Under the pieces are notes generated by a model. It did no database searches and was not told the origin of the DNA. It saw nothing but the letters and a program-made list of their open reading frames with translations. From a virus, in IMG/VR virus record IMGVR_UViG_3300034108_000503, positions 1 to 64,000 of that record: 64,000 nt of DNA; one strand, written 5' to 3'. Shown piece by piece: positions 28,013 to 36,470 of this stretch. The stretch's first letter is position 1; every line of letters starts with the position of its first letter. Position numbers and translations under genes: made by a program.

Positions 28013-28939
28013 TCAGAATGGTGCCTTGATCCGCTGACGCTTCTCGTTGATCTCCACCCTCATCGTGGCAGCGACAACCTCCGCGTAGTTGAGGCAGAAG
28101 AACGACGGGTCGTGAGCTTTCGTCAAGCACCCTGGGGCATACGGTTTCGTGGATGCCTGCATCGCATCGTGGTACGCATCAAGAAATTCATCGGCAGTCC
28201 CGTTCCACCCGGCAAGGAAACGCTGGAGGACTTTGGCGAACTTTGGCGAGAACGGAAATGGTTTGCCTGTGACGTGGGTGTACGGCTGGGCGATCTGGGA
28301 AGTGATCTCATGGTGCCGGGGATCCTTGGTCTCGACCGGAGCAGTTGCTGGTCTTGCTGGTTCCTTCCGTGGAACGGAAACCTTCGCCACCACCTCGGTA
28401 TGTCCGTCAGGACCGAAGAGGAAATCTCCTTCCTCGGACTCCTTCCTCTTGTAGTTGTCTTTACTATTATCCTTATCCTTATCCTTACCTTTACTATTAC
28501 TATTACTATTACGTTGAAGGACTCCTTCAGGGACTCCTTCAAGGACTCCTTCAAGGACTCCTTCAAGGACTCCTTCAAGGACTCCTTCAAGGACTCCTTT
28601 GGATTGCACCTTGGATTTCCCACGAAGAAGACCACCCTTCTTTCCGCCTTCCCGTTTAGCCTTAACGACTTGCTCGCTCTCAATCGGGTAGCGCCACACA
28701 ATCAGGTCTCCATTCTCCCCCCAGGACCAGAGTGGGCATTGCTGGTCAACCTCGGATCGAGTCAGACCAAGAGCCAGCCACTGCCGATCAGTCCAAGAAC
28801 GTGCGTTACTGATAACTCCACCGTTCTCGTGGGTGCAGCAGTACTTCAAAAGATATAGCCAGGTCGCCCGTTGGACGGGTTCCGCGCCGATCATTTCCGG
28901 CTCTTCAAGCTGCGTGATCTTGATGTTGATCCAATTCAT
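28013..28939 (-). CDS. Replication initiator protein (lambda O-like layout)
   Basis: Directly upstream of dnaB. N-terminal HTH-like region, then GGKKGG, then an internal iteron-like repeat array. Confidence 0.7.
   Translation of the reverse strand: MNWINIKITQLEEPEMIGAEPVQRATWLYLLKYCCTHENGGVISNARSWTDRQWLALGLTRSEVDQQCPLWSWGENGDLIVWRYPIESEQVVKAKREGGKKGGLLRGKSKVQSKGVLEGVLEGVLEGVLEGVLEGVPEGVLQRNSNSNSKGKDKDKDNSKDNYKRKESEEGDFLFGPDGHTEVVAKVSVPRKEPARPATAPVETKDPRHHEITSQIAQPYTHVTGKPFPFSPKFAKVLQRFLAGWNGTADEFLDAYHDAMQASTKPYAPGCLTKAHDPSFFCLNYAEVVAATMRVEINEKRQRIKAPF
28461..28600. repeat. Probable replication origin: AT-rich hexamer repeats plus 7 x 12-bp iterons
   Basis: (TTACTA/TTATCC)n at 28461-28512, then AAGGACTCCTTC x7 at 28517-28600. 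Confidence 0.75.
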
Positions 28940-29137
28940 GAAAGTAAAAAACAGTAATCATTGAGTCACTGTACACGGCAACCATCAACTGCAAAGACTA
29001 AGAGAATTTCCCCTGCACCCTCTCCGGGGTGATTTTTCGACACTCCTGCCTTTCTATTTGGTGAAGGAGAACCCGGCCCACACAACAGGTGCGGGAGCGA
29101 GTGACGCAGGGGTGATCTATTCCGCAGTCTGATCGGC

Positions 29138-29974
29138 TCAGACCCCGCACATTCCTGTGCATTCGTTTCCGAACAGCGAAAGCTGCCCGCGGTCTTCCTC
29201 ACTGGAGAAATCCACGGTTTCGATGGGCTGGCAGGATTTGTGAAGAAATGGAATGCCTCGCATTGTGGTTGTCTGCTGCTTGGCTGCTTGGAATTGCTTT
29301 TCAAACGCCACGGCTGCCGCAAACGCTTCTGGCTCTTCGGTTTTAAGCCTGCGCCATTCGGCGTCGGAATGGTACGGGCAAAACACGCACGACGACCGCG
29401 GTGGCTTTGGGTATCCATTCCGCTCCATCCATGCGATGCAATCTCCGCGACGCATGCCAAGGTCAACGAGCGGCCATTTTGATTCCGTCCACGGGTCGCG
29501 GGATGGCTTCATTCTGTGGACTTCATCCAGCGAGATCCCAATCCACTGAACAACGCCCACGGTTTTCTGACCTCGTTTGATTCCGCCGAGTTCCCGAGCC
29601 TTTCGCAGAATTGGCGCAATCTTGAAGTCGTAGGTACAGGCGCGGGATGGCATCATGCCAATCTGGCCGCCCTGCCTGACGTGGCATGGGATGTTCCCGC
29701 CTGATATGATGTTGCCCGTTTTGCCAGTGTAAACCTTTGTCAGCTTATCGCTCAACCTGCCAGCCGTCACCCGGTGAATCGGGAACGGATGCGGGCTGCG
29801 CTGGATCTCTGCCTCTAGCCAGTCAAGCCAGCGGTAAACGGATGCAGGCTCATCTTGTGTGTCAGCGAAAATTGCGCCATCCAAGTGTGGATATCCGGGA
29901 ACTTCACCCCGTGCTGCCATGATAGCAAGAGTGCTGGATTGAACTCCAGCACCAAGAGAAAGAATATGTTTCAT
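29138..29974 (-). CDS. PAPS-reductase-like PP-loop (adenine nucleotide alpha hydrolase) protein with Cys clusters
   Basis: SLGAGVQS, FADT, CTYDFKI, IGISLDE, SSCVFCPY and ECTGMCG. Confidence 0.8.
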   Translation of the reverse strand: MKHILSLGAGVQSSTLAIMAARGEVPGYPHLDGAIFADTQDEPASVYRWLDWLEAEIQRSPHPFPIHRVTAGRLSDKLTKVYTGKTGNIISGGNIPCHVRQGGQIGMMPSRACTYDFKIAPILRKARELGGIKRGQKTVGVVQWIGISLDEVHRMKPSRDPWTESKWPLVDLGMRRGDCIAWMERNGYPKPPRSSCVFCPYHSDAEWRRLKTEEPEAFAAAVAFEKQFQAAKQQTTTMRGIPFLHKSCQPIETVDFSSEEDRGQLSLFGNECTGMCGV

Positions 29975-30021
29975 TGAATTTATTTGCGTGATGACGTATA
30001 CGCAACCCACGTTTGTCTGTT

Positions 30022-30321
30022 TTACGCCGCAACCTCTTTCTTCCTGGCAGGCTTGTGCTGGCAAGTCTCCGGAGCGAACTTCTTGCGGGCCATGCTGACC
30101 GTTGTCGGCTTGATACCAAGCTGGGCGGCAATGTCAATGGTCCGCAGGGACCAATCAACAGTACTCCAGATGTGCTTCCGTGGAGGCTTCGGACCTCCGC
30201 TCTTTTTCCATCGCTGGTAGGCACCCATGTACTGCATGCCAGTTTCCTTGGCGGCAGTGGCGATGCTGGTCTTGGTCCAGTCGATTGTGGCGAAGTACTC
30301 GTCTCGTTCTTTCTTTGTCAT
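30022..30321 (-). CDS. Small DNA-binding protein with duplicated HTH-like units
   Basis: Two (T)IDW...IA..LG units. Confidence 0.55.
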   Translation of the reverse strand: MTKKERDEYFATIDWTKTSIATAAKETGMQYMGAYQRWKKSGGPKPPRKHIWSTVDWSLRTIDIAAQLGIKPTTVSMARKKFAPETCQHKPARKKEVAA

Positions 30322-30785
30322 GGGGTTGGTGGTTTGGGTGATTCTTTCTTGAGAGACGCCAGATAAATCCAGTGGTTCCTCACTCTGTCCGCCACGAGGT
30401 CAGTCGCTTCTGCCAGCTTCTTCTCTGCTTCTTCTGCGGCCCATGGTTTCCATTTCTCAAGTGCCTCCTCTAAGTTGTTCCTGATGTCGTACTGCGGATA
30501 CAGCATTTTCTCCGCATCAATCAGCATGAATGGACCCTTTAGGTTCCGAGTCCTGCGAATGAAATCCAAGTCTGCGCAGGATGCTTGAAACCCGGTGGTT
30601 CCTAGCTTTGATGCGACGTACTGAAAAGCCGCAACGGCAGCAAGGCTCATTGCGTAAGCGCAGGAACCATAATCGTGCGGGCGCTCAACGAGTGAATTGA
30701 TGTACTGCTGGAGTTGATCTAGCGAATCAAACCAAGGTGCTTCTTGGTTTTTTATTTCTTGTTCTGGTGTGGTTTCTTGTTCCAT
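30318..30785 (-). CDS. Hypothetical phage protein
   Basis: Compact ORF (HDYG..GTTGFQASCA..MLYPQY), flanked by a 21-bp direct repeat. Confidence 0.7.
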   Translation of the reverse strand: MEQETTPEQEIKNQEAPWFDSLDQLQQYINSLVERPHDYGSCAYAMSLAAVAAFQYVASKLGTTGFQASCADLDFIRRTRNLKGPFMLIDAEKMLYPQYDIRNNLEEALEKWKPWAAEEAEKKLAEATDLVADRVRNHWIYLASLKKESPKPPTP

Positions 30786-30809
30786 ATATTTGGTGGTTTG
30801 GGTGATTCT

Positions 30810-31091
30810 TCAGACGACCTCCAGCCACTCGGTGACGCTTAGTCCTTGGGCTTTCCACTCGGCTGCTTGTTTTTCGTCATGGGTTGGATGACCACACGTC
30901 TGCCACATCCTGCGCGGCTCTGGCTTGATGCGAAATGTATCTGGATCGCTACCGCTACCCATGTCAGGGCCAATAAGCTCGGCTACTGGTATGTCCTGCC
31001 ATTTTTGTTGGAAGAATTCCTGCGCGGTCTTTCCTGCCGCCACAGCGCCGTAAAACTCGGCGAGCCATTTCGCTTTTTCGATTGGTGTCAT
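30810..31091 (-). CDS. Hypothetical protein
   Basis: FRIKPEP motif typical of small phage proteins. Confidence 0.65.
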   Translation of the reverse strand: MTPIEKAKWLAEFYGAVAAGKTAQEFFQQKWQDIPVAELIGPDMGSGSDPDTFRIKPEPRRMWQTCGHPTHDEKQAAEWKAQGLSVTEWLEVV

Positions 31092-31115
31092 GTCTTTGGT
31101 TTTGGTTTGTGTGAT

Positions 31116-31544
31116 TCAGATGTATGTCCTTCGATTGTACTCAGCAATAAGCAAAGCATCCGCGATTGCGTGTGTCACCTTGATGTCCGGGAACAACCGC
31201 TGTGCCGCCGCCTTGGAGACGTTTTTGTCCCCCTTGGTCATGCAGCCGAGGAACTTCTGCCACTTCGCCGGGGTGATGAATTGGTACGGGATCTTCGCCG
31301 CGCACAGTGCCATCTGGAGCTTCCCGAAGCCCTCGCCAAAGGTGAAGGTCGATGTCACTCCCTGCCCCGGCATGGCGTGAACCTTCTCAAGCAGGGCGAA
31401 TCTTGGACTTCCGAGTGGACAGATGCTGTTGAGTAAATCCAGCAAGTCAGCGTCATCCGCTGGCATCTTGAACGCCTTGGCTCCGGATGGACTGATCACT
31501 GCGATGCCTCCGCTTTTCCCTGGGTCGATTCCGATGTAGTTCAT
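31116..31544 (-). CDS. RuvC-like Holliday junction resolvase
   Basis: IGIDPGKSGG, LEKVHAMPGQGVTSTFTFG, P.KW and ADALLIA. Confidence 0.88.
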   Translation of the reverse strand: MNYIGIDPGKSGGIAVISPSGAKAFKMPADDADLLDLLNSICPLGSPRFALLEKVHAMPGQGVTSTFTFGEGFGKLQMALCAAKIPYQFITPAKWQKFLGCMTKGDKNVSKAAAQRLFPDIKVTHAIADALLIAEYNRRTYI

Positions 31545-31762
31545 TCTGGTATTTCTTCCGATTGTGATTTGTTTACAATGACAAATTTCCCATTCGCTGC
31601 CTTCGTGATCATGTCGTTCCGGTCAGGGTCGTACCCATCCTGATCCGGAGCGATGGAGATGAACTGCACCACGGCACCCTGCCGCAGCACGGTCGTCGCA
31701 CTCGGATCTCCGATGCTCGCCCATAGCGGGTAGTGTCCAGTCTCAAGGATTTTCAGGCGCAT
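31541..31762 (-). CDS. Hypothetical protein
   Basis: Start at MRLKILE, with an ATGA overlap downstream. Confidence 0.55.
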   Translation of the reverse strand: MRLKILETGHYPLWASIGDPSATTVLRQGAVVQFISIAPDQDGYDPDRNDMITKAANGKFVIVNKSQSEEIPE

Positions 31763-31766
31763 GGAT

Positions 31767-32561
31767 TCAGTCCTTCCACTTCGGCCATAGGAGGTTCTCA
31801 GGAGCGGCAGGATATCCCGGCCATACGCCTGTCTCGGTGCATTGCTTGTGCAGATCAATGATCTTGTCCATCTGCCGCTGCCCCTCCTCAATTGCCTCAT
31901 CAGGGAAGACGTATGGCTTCACTAGATACGGCTTGGCTGACTCAACCGCCAGCAGCATGTAGACTGGTTCCTCCTCCAGTCCTTCAGCCAGAGAGACTGC
32001 CTGCGTGTACCACTGACGCTGGATGTGATATCCCAGCTTCCGGCACTTCCGGGAAAACTCAGTAGGCGATGCGTCACCCGTGGTCTTCAGGTCGATGATC
32101 ATCCTTCGGCCTTGGGAATCATATCCCAGCATGTCCGGCAAAGCCTTGATTGGAACGCCACGGTACTCAGTCAGCACCGGAGTCTCGCGAACCGGGCAGA
32201 GTTGCATGACAGCCTGGAAGATCGGATCATCCTCCAGTGCCAGCCTCATGCCCATCACGTTGTCGTATTCCTCTTGGGAGAAGATCGGCAGAGTCTGTGC
32301 TGCCGTCCATTCCTTGCACCACTTCTTGGATCCATGCCATGCGTCTGCGGGGTCATCCTCCCGATGCGCTGGCTTGATTGCAAAGTCCCTGCTGATGCCT
32401 TGCAGCAGATCGTGGACTGCGGTTCCCATGCGGATGGCAATGGAGTCCAGTTCCTCTGGTTCCTCCTTCGCCTGCTGGAAATGCGCAGGGGTCTTGAATG
32501 CCAGCAACTTCGCGAGGCTGAAGTTCAGGGCGGGATGCGCCCGGTATTCATCAATTGTCAT
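31767..32561 (-). CDS. RecE/exonuclease VIII-like PD-(D/E)XK nuclease (DUF3799-type)
   Basis: YRAHPALNFS, GTAVH, KALPD, IIDLKTT, YHIQ..WY and WPGY. Confidence 0.85.
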   Translation of the reverse strand: MTIDEYRAHPALNFSLAKLLAFKTPAHFQQAKEEPEELDSIAIRMGTAVHDLLQGISRDFAIKPAHREDDPADAWHGSKKWCKEWTAAQTLPIFSQEEYDNVMGMRLALEDDPIFQAVMQLCPVRETPVLTEYRGVPIKALPDMLGYDSQGRRMIIDLKTTGDASPTEFSRKCRKLGYHIQRQWYTQAVSLAEGLEEEPVYMLLAVESAKPYLVKPYVFPDEAIEEGQRQMDKIIDLHKQCTETGVWPGYPAAPENLLWPKWKD

Positions 32562-32566
32562 GCCGT

Positions 32567-32914
32567 TCAGTATGTCTTGGCTTCTGCGTGTCCGGACTCA
32601 ATGAGATAGGCATTCAGCGTCTCATCCCCGTAGTGGATTACGCCGATGCTGCGTCCGTACTTGTCCAGATCCTTGGAATCCAGAACCAGACCACCCAGCT
32701 TCCGTGCGCCCAGCCACAGGCGTGTCGCTTCCTTCGCGGCCTTTGCCTTCTGCCGCAGTTCCTTGTCCTTGCTGTTTACCTCGGGGCAGTCCAATCCTGC
32801 CAGCCTGACGGTGACTTTCCTGTATGTGTGGTGACCTAGATCCAGTTCGCACTCAATTGTGTCGCCGTCCACGACCCGGAAGTCCCTGATCTCATTGATA
32901 TACTGCACCTTCAT
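32567..32914 (-). CDS. Thermonuclease (SNase) family nuclease
   Basis: VVDGDTI, RLAGLDCPE, DKYGR and LN..LI..GHA. Confidence 0.9.
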   Translation of the reverse strand: MKVQYINEIRDFRVVDGDTIECELDLGHHTYRKVTVRLAGLDCPEVNSKDKELRQKAKAAKEATRLWLGARKLGGLVLDSKDLDKYGRSIGVIHYGDETLNAYLIESGHAEAKTY

Positions 32915-33102
32915 TAGTTTGATTCTTGTGTTTTGGTTTTCTTGTTATTGATCCACTCGACTGCGCTGCGGATTTCATGTGCAATCTTCAGCGCAACATC
33001 CACGGTGACCGACTGACCCCCAGGAAGGATGACGTAGCTGCATACCGGGCTGTATACTGCATACACTTTCGTGGCTTGGATTTCCTCTGGTTCGTCACTC
33101 AC
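32914..33102 (-). CDS. Hypothetical protein
   Basis: Overlapping start/stop junctions on both sides. Confidence 0.55.
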   Translation of the reverse strand: MSDEPEEIQATKVYAVYSPVCSYVILPGGQSVTVDVALKIAHEIRSAVEWINNKKTKTQESN

Positions 33103-33572
33103 TCAGCACCTCCTTTCGCCTTCGCGATGGCAGCGCGGGCTTGATCCCATGCATCAAGACTTGCAATCCCTGCCTTTCGTTCCACAACCAACCTTTCCAA
33201 CGCCTCCAGTAAATCCTGATCGGCCTGCCCAATGATCTTCGGTAGCGGCTCTTTGCTACTTTGCATCGGGTCATCGAAGTGGACATGCATCGGATTCCGC
33301 AGCCCTCCATTGCGCCGGATGGCAAGATCCTGCCGGATCACCTGCTGGATATCCCATGCCACCTTGGCATCTTGCGGAACGTCACCGAAGATCCCGTGCG
33401 CTGTGGGGACAATGGCTTTGAACGCAGTGGCTACCAATTCACGCGCCTCCGGTTCTGTCTTCCAGAACATCTCCAGAAGGACGATTTCCATCTGCCCCAT
33501 GTAAAGCCGCGAGAGGACATCGCATGCCTTGCAGATCACGTCTGCGTGCTTGTCGCTGATTTCAATTTTCAT
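33099..33572 (-). CDS. Hypothetical protein (C-terminal LLEALE...ARAAIAKAK module)
   Basis: Start at MKIEIS; common small-phage C-terminal motif. Confidence 0.65.
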   Translation of the reverse strand: MKIEISDKHADVICKACDVLSRLYMGQMEIVLLEMFWKTEPEARELVATAFKAIVPTAHGIFGDVPQDAKVAWDIQQVIRQDLAIRRNGGLRNPMHVHFDDPMQSSKEPLPKIIGQADQDLLEALERLVVERKAGIASLDAWDQARAAIAKAKGGAE

Positions 33573-33583
33573 GGCGGTACTCG

Positions 33584-33901
33584 TTAGGGTTTCGCTTTCG
33601 CGATGGCGGCGCGGGCGATGCACCGCATATCATAAGCACGAAATGTCAGGTCATGCATTGATGTTGGCTCGGGATCTTCATAAATACGCGCAATCTTTTC
33701 CAACGCCTCCAGTAGCCTCGGCGCAGCGGCCATTAGTACGGCGTTGGCTTCGCTGGGTTGTCCTGTCTCTGGGTCAGTGATGTCGCTGGCAATGGCGACA
33801 GCATCGCCGTCCCGCCTGACGAACCACTCAAAGTACCCGCCTGCGCCTTGTGACCGCTCGGCCTGCCAGTCTCCATCAGTGTGTTTCCGGTTTTCGCTCA
33901 T
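33584..33901 (-). CDS. Hypothetical protein (HT.G.W ... ANA.LMAAAP.LLEAL family)
   Basis: Recognisable widespread phage small-protein motif. Confidence 0.7.
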   Translation of the reverse strand: MSENRKHTDGDWQAERSQGAGGYFEWFVRRDGDAVAIASDITDPETGQPSEANAVLMAAAPRLLEALEKIARIYEDPEPTSMHDLTFRAYDMRCIARAAIAKAKP

Positions 33902-34028
33902 ATCTCAATTCAAAAGAAAAAGGTATCCCGGCAGCGTCTCTGGGGTGCATCTAAACCACCAATTTTGTTGTTGGTTGTTTCCAGTTGATGCCAACACGAC
34001 ATCAAGCGACCACTGCCGGGAAATCGTT

Positions 34029-35033
34029 TCAGCCAAGCAGCACCGTCTCCATGTCCTCCTGCTGCTCGCCAGTAATCGTATCAGGAGTCAGGTCATGATC
34101 CTTTAGGTAGGTAGTCACTTCCTCGACGGTCAGGCCCATCTCCCCGCTTCTGCGCCAGAACGCCTGCTCCTTCTCGCTCTGCTCGGACTGCGCTGCCTTC
34201 TTGGCAGCAGGCTTCTTGGCAGGGACCGCTGACGCTGACACCTCGATGACTGGTGCCGTGGCGGTATTCGGTGAGTCAAAGAAGTCGGAAGGCTTACCGA
34301 TCCCGTCACGGAGAGAGGCGAGGATCTTTCGCAGACTCACGACCTGGGCTGGCGTGATGGCATCAATCCGTCGCTGGATCCGCTTCTCGATTTGCTCCTG
34401 GGTGACACCCTCCTTGCCGAAGGCGGCGATGATCTTCTTCTGAGCATCCGGGGATGTGTCAGCTTTTGCGTGAAGCGTTTCCTGAACCTGATTCACAGCC
34501 ATCTCAACTACATGACCAGGGATGATCGCAAGGATCAGCGCACGGAGCCGCCGTTGCGCCATGTTTGCAATCAATTCATAGATATCACGCTCGTCAGCCA
34601 AGGGCTTTCCGCCAGTCTTCGTGTCACGCCAGTGACGCACCTGAAACTGAACGACCTTGCGGGAGTTGCGTTGTTGATCCCACGCCGAGGCTTCGACCTG
34701 ACTCACGGGGACTCCATCCTCTCCTTTGTGGACAGCGATGATTTTCCACCCGGTCACGATGTTGCCCCAGTACTGCGAGAGGCACTCAGCCAACCGGATC
34801 GACGGTCCCTCAATGTCTGTCCCGCCCCTGGCGAACTGATACAACGCTTGTTCCGCGAGGCTCTGGTTCTGACAGGCATTCAGGATCTCATCAATCGCTA
34901 GCTTCTCGTCGCGAGGGAAAGACTTGGCAATGACCAGTGCCGCCTGCACTTCCTGGATCGCCCGAGACTGTTCAGCCTGAGCGAGTGCCGTGATTTGTTG
35001 TGGTGATTTGATTGGCTGGATATCAAGTTGCAT
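34029..35033 (-). CDS. Putative ssDNA annealing/recombination protein
   Basis: AKSFPRDE...YQFARGG..IEGPSIRLAE...A.RR.R..IL..IP. Co-occurs with the RecE-like exonuclease. Function is inferred. Confidence 0.55.
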   Translation of the reverse strand: MQLDIQPIKSPQQITALAQAEQSRAIQEVQAALVIAKSFPRDEKLAIDEILNACQNQSLAEQALYQFARGGTDIEGPSIRLAECLSQYWGNIVTGWKIIAVHKGEDGVPVSQVEASAWDQQRNSRKVVQFQVRHWRDTKTGGKPLADERDIYELIANMAQRRLRALILAIIPGHVVEMAVNQVQETLHAKADTSPDAQKKIIAAFGKEGVTQEQIEKRIQRRIDAITPAQVVSLRKILASLRDGIGKPSDFFDSPNTATAPVIEVSASAVPAKKPAAKKAAQSEQSEKEQAFWRRSGEMGLTVEEVTTYLKDHDLTPDTITGEQQEDMETVLLG

Positions 35034-35045
35034 ATGCTCTGAGGA

Positions 35046-35492
35046 TTATTGCTGGCTTTGCTTTTCGCCACTGGTTTCGTTGTACGCATTTACGGTAGCC
35101 TTTACTGGAGCGACCTTCGCAGCGGCAGCGGCTACCATTTGCGATGCATTCTCGCTCACGTCTTCATGCTCAATCATCCGCACCTTCGCGGCAGGCTTGA
35201 GCGCACCGGGGATCACGGCAGCACCAGCACCCGGACCCTCCAGTCCAGGCTCAATCGGTCGCCGCTGACCAGGCGTTCCCATGGTCTGTTCGACAAGGAG
35301 TTCCAGCACCCTCAGCCGGGTGTAGTTGTCCGGTTCCTGGATCGGAGTGCCATCCCGACCGATGGTGATCTTCTTGGCCCCAAGAAGTTCGACCGTCGTC
35401 TTCGTGATCAGTTCAATCGGGATCTCATTCAGAGCATCTGCCAATGCGGCAGCACGGTCAGAGAGCTTCGTTGCGGTTTTATCCTTCTTCAT
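35046..35492 (-). CDS. Possible terminase small subunit-like protein
   Basis: Helical core with EPDNYTRLRVLELL...GTP and a disordered tail. Confidence 0.35.
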   Translation of the reverse strand: MKKDKTATKLSDRAAALADALNEIPIELITKTTVELLGAKKITIGRDGTPIQEPDNYTRLRVLELLVEQTMGTPGQRRPIEPGLEGPGAGAAVIPGALKPAAKVRMIEHEDVSENASQMVAAAAAKVAPVKATVNAYNETSGEKQSQQ

Positions 35493-35501
35493 AAAAGAAA
35501 A

Positions 35502-36140
35502 TTATTTCTTATTTAATGTCACCAATTTACACAACTCAATGAACCGATCAATACTCAATGGTCCTCGCATCATGTTTATGTCTTTATGAACCCATTGTAT
35601 GTTTTTAGGCTCGTAACCTTTGTTGTTATCAATTCTATCAAGGCTTGCCGTTTGATCAGAATAATATAAACTTATAGGCAAGCCAGTCATTGAGCATGCA
35701 TTATTAAAAGATTCGTACATTTCTTCTTGGGTTAAATTCCATGTCAATCCTCTTGATATGGCTGACTTTTTGAACTTATTGAAAGTTCTTGCATTCGGTC
35801 CTGTTGGATTGTTTTCAGAAAAGTATTTCAGCTTTGAGGCGCAAGGCTTGCACTTCCATTTCCCTCTGCTGCTTGATTCTGCGTGAGATTTTCGCGTGTA
35901 CGCTTGCTCTGCTCCGCAAGAATGACAATTAGAACACCATTTCCCATCGCTTCTTTTGTATACACCATGAATTTCTACTAGTTTTTTTCTGTAGTCTATT
36001 TTACATGATTTACATGATCCACGGTAAACCATTTTAAGAGCAGAGCTTTTATTCCTAAAATCATTAAACGATCCGCATATACATGCAGCGGTGAATCCGT
36101 CTTTGGTTTTAGTGATTCTGTCGCTTATTATTGGTCTCAT
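35502..36140 (-). CDS. HNH-type (His-Me finger) homing endonuclease-like protein with N-terminal Cys fingers
   Basis: CxxC pairs, SAISRGL.W.L, CSMTG and SLDRIDNNKGYEPKNIQWVHKDINMMRG. Markedly AT-rich relative to the flanks. Confidence 0.8.
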   Translation of the reverse strand: MRPIISDRITKTKDGFTAACICGSFNDFRNKSSALKMVYRGSCKSCKIDYRKKLVEIHGVYKRSDGKWCSNCHSCGAEQAYTRKSHAESSSRGKWKCKPCASKLKYFSENNPTGPNARTFNKFKKSAISRGLTWNLTQEEMYESFNNACSMTGLPISLYYSDQTASLDRIDNNKGYEPKNIQWVHKDINMMRGPLSIDRFIELCKLVTLNKK

Positions 36141-36176
36141 GTGACTTGTTTTACCATTTAACCACAAGCCAGTCAA

Positions 36177-36455
36177 TCACCATTTATATCTATTAGACCA
36201 CCAAGCCGCAGAAAGTTTGCCCTTTGCGATATTCTTTGCATGCCTCGCCTTGAAGGAAAGCCTCCGCTTGCGATACGATTCCGACTCGCCCTCCTTCTTC
36301 GGTGATCCACTGACCCCCTGCTGCCCGAAGCGGATGGTCTTCACCGTATCGCCGGACTTCGCCACTACGACATGGCTTTTCGTTGGATGATTCGGGGTCC
36401 GCTTCGGCTTGTTGTAAGCCGTCACGCCGATGCGCTGAAGGATCGAGTCTCTCAT
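36177..36455 (-). CDS. Small basic conserved phage protein
   Basis: KSHVVVAK.GD.VKTIRFGQQG...R.SFKARH...SAAWW, a pattern widespread in phages. Confidence 0.8.
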   Translation of the reverse strand: MRDSILQRIGVTAYNKPKRTPNHPTKSHVVVAKSGDTVKTIRFGQQGVSGSPKKEGESESYRKRRLSFKARHAKNIAKGKLSAAWWSNRYKW

Positions 36456-36470
36456 TCGGCAGAGATTACA

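Noticed and set aside
28517-28600. 12-bp repeat array as a mini-CRISPR
   Set aside because: The repeats are contiguous with no spacers, lie in frame within the initiator gene, and no cas genes are present.
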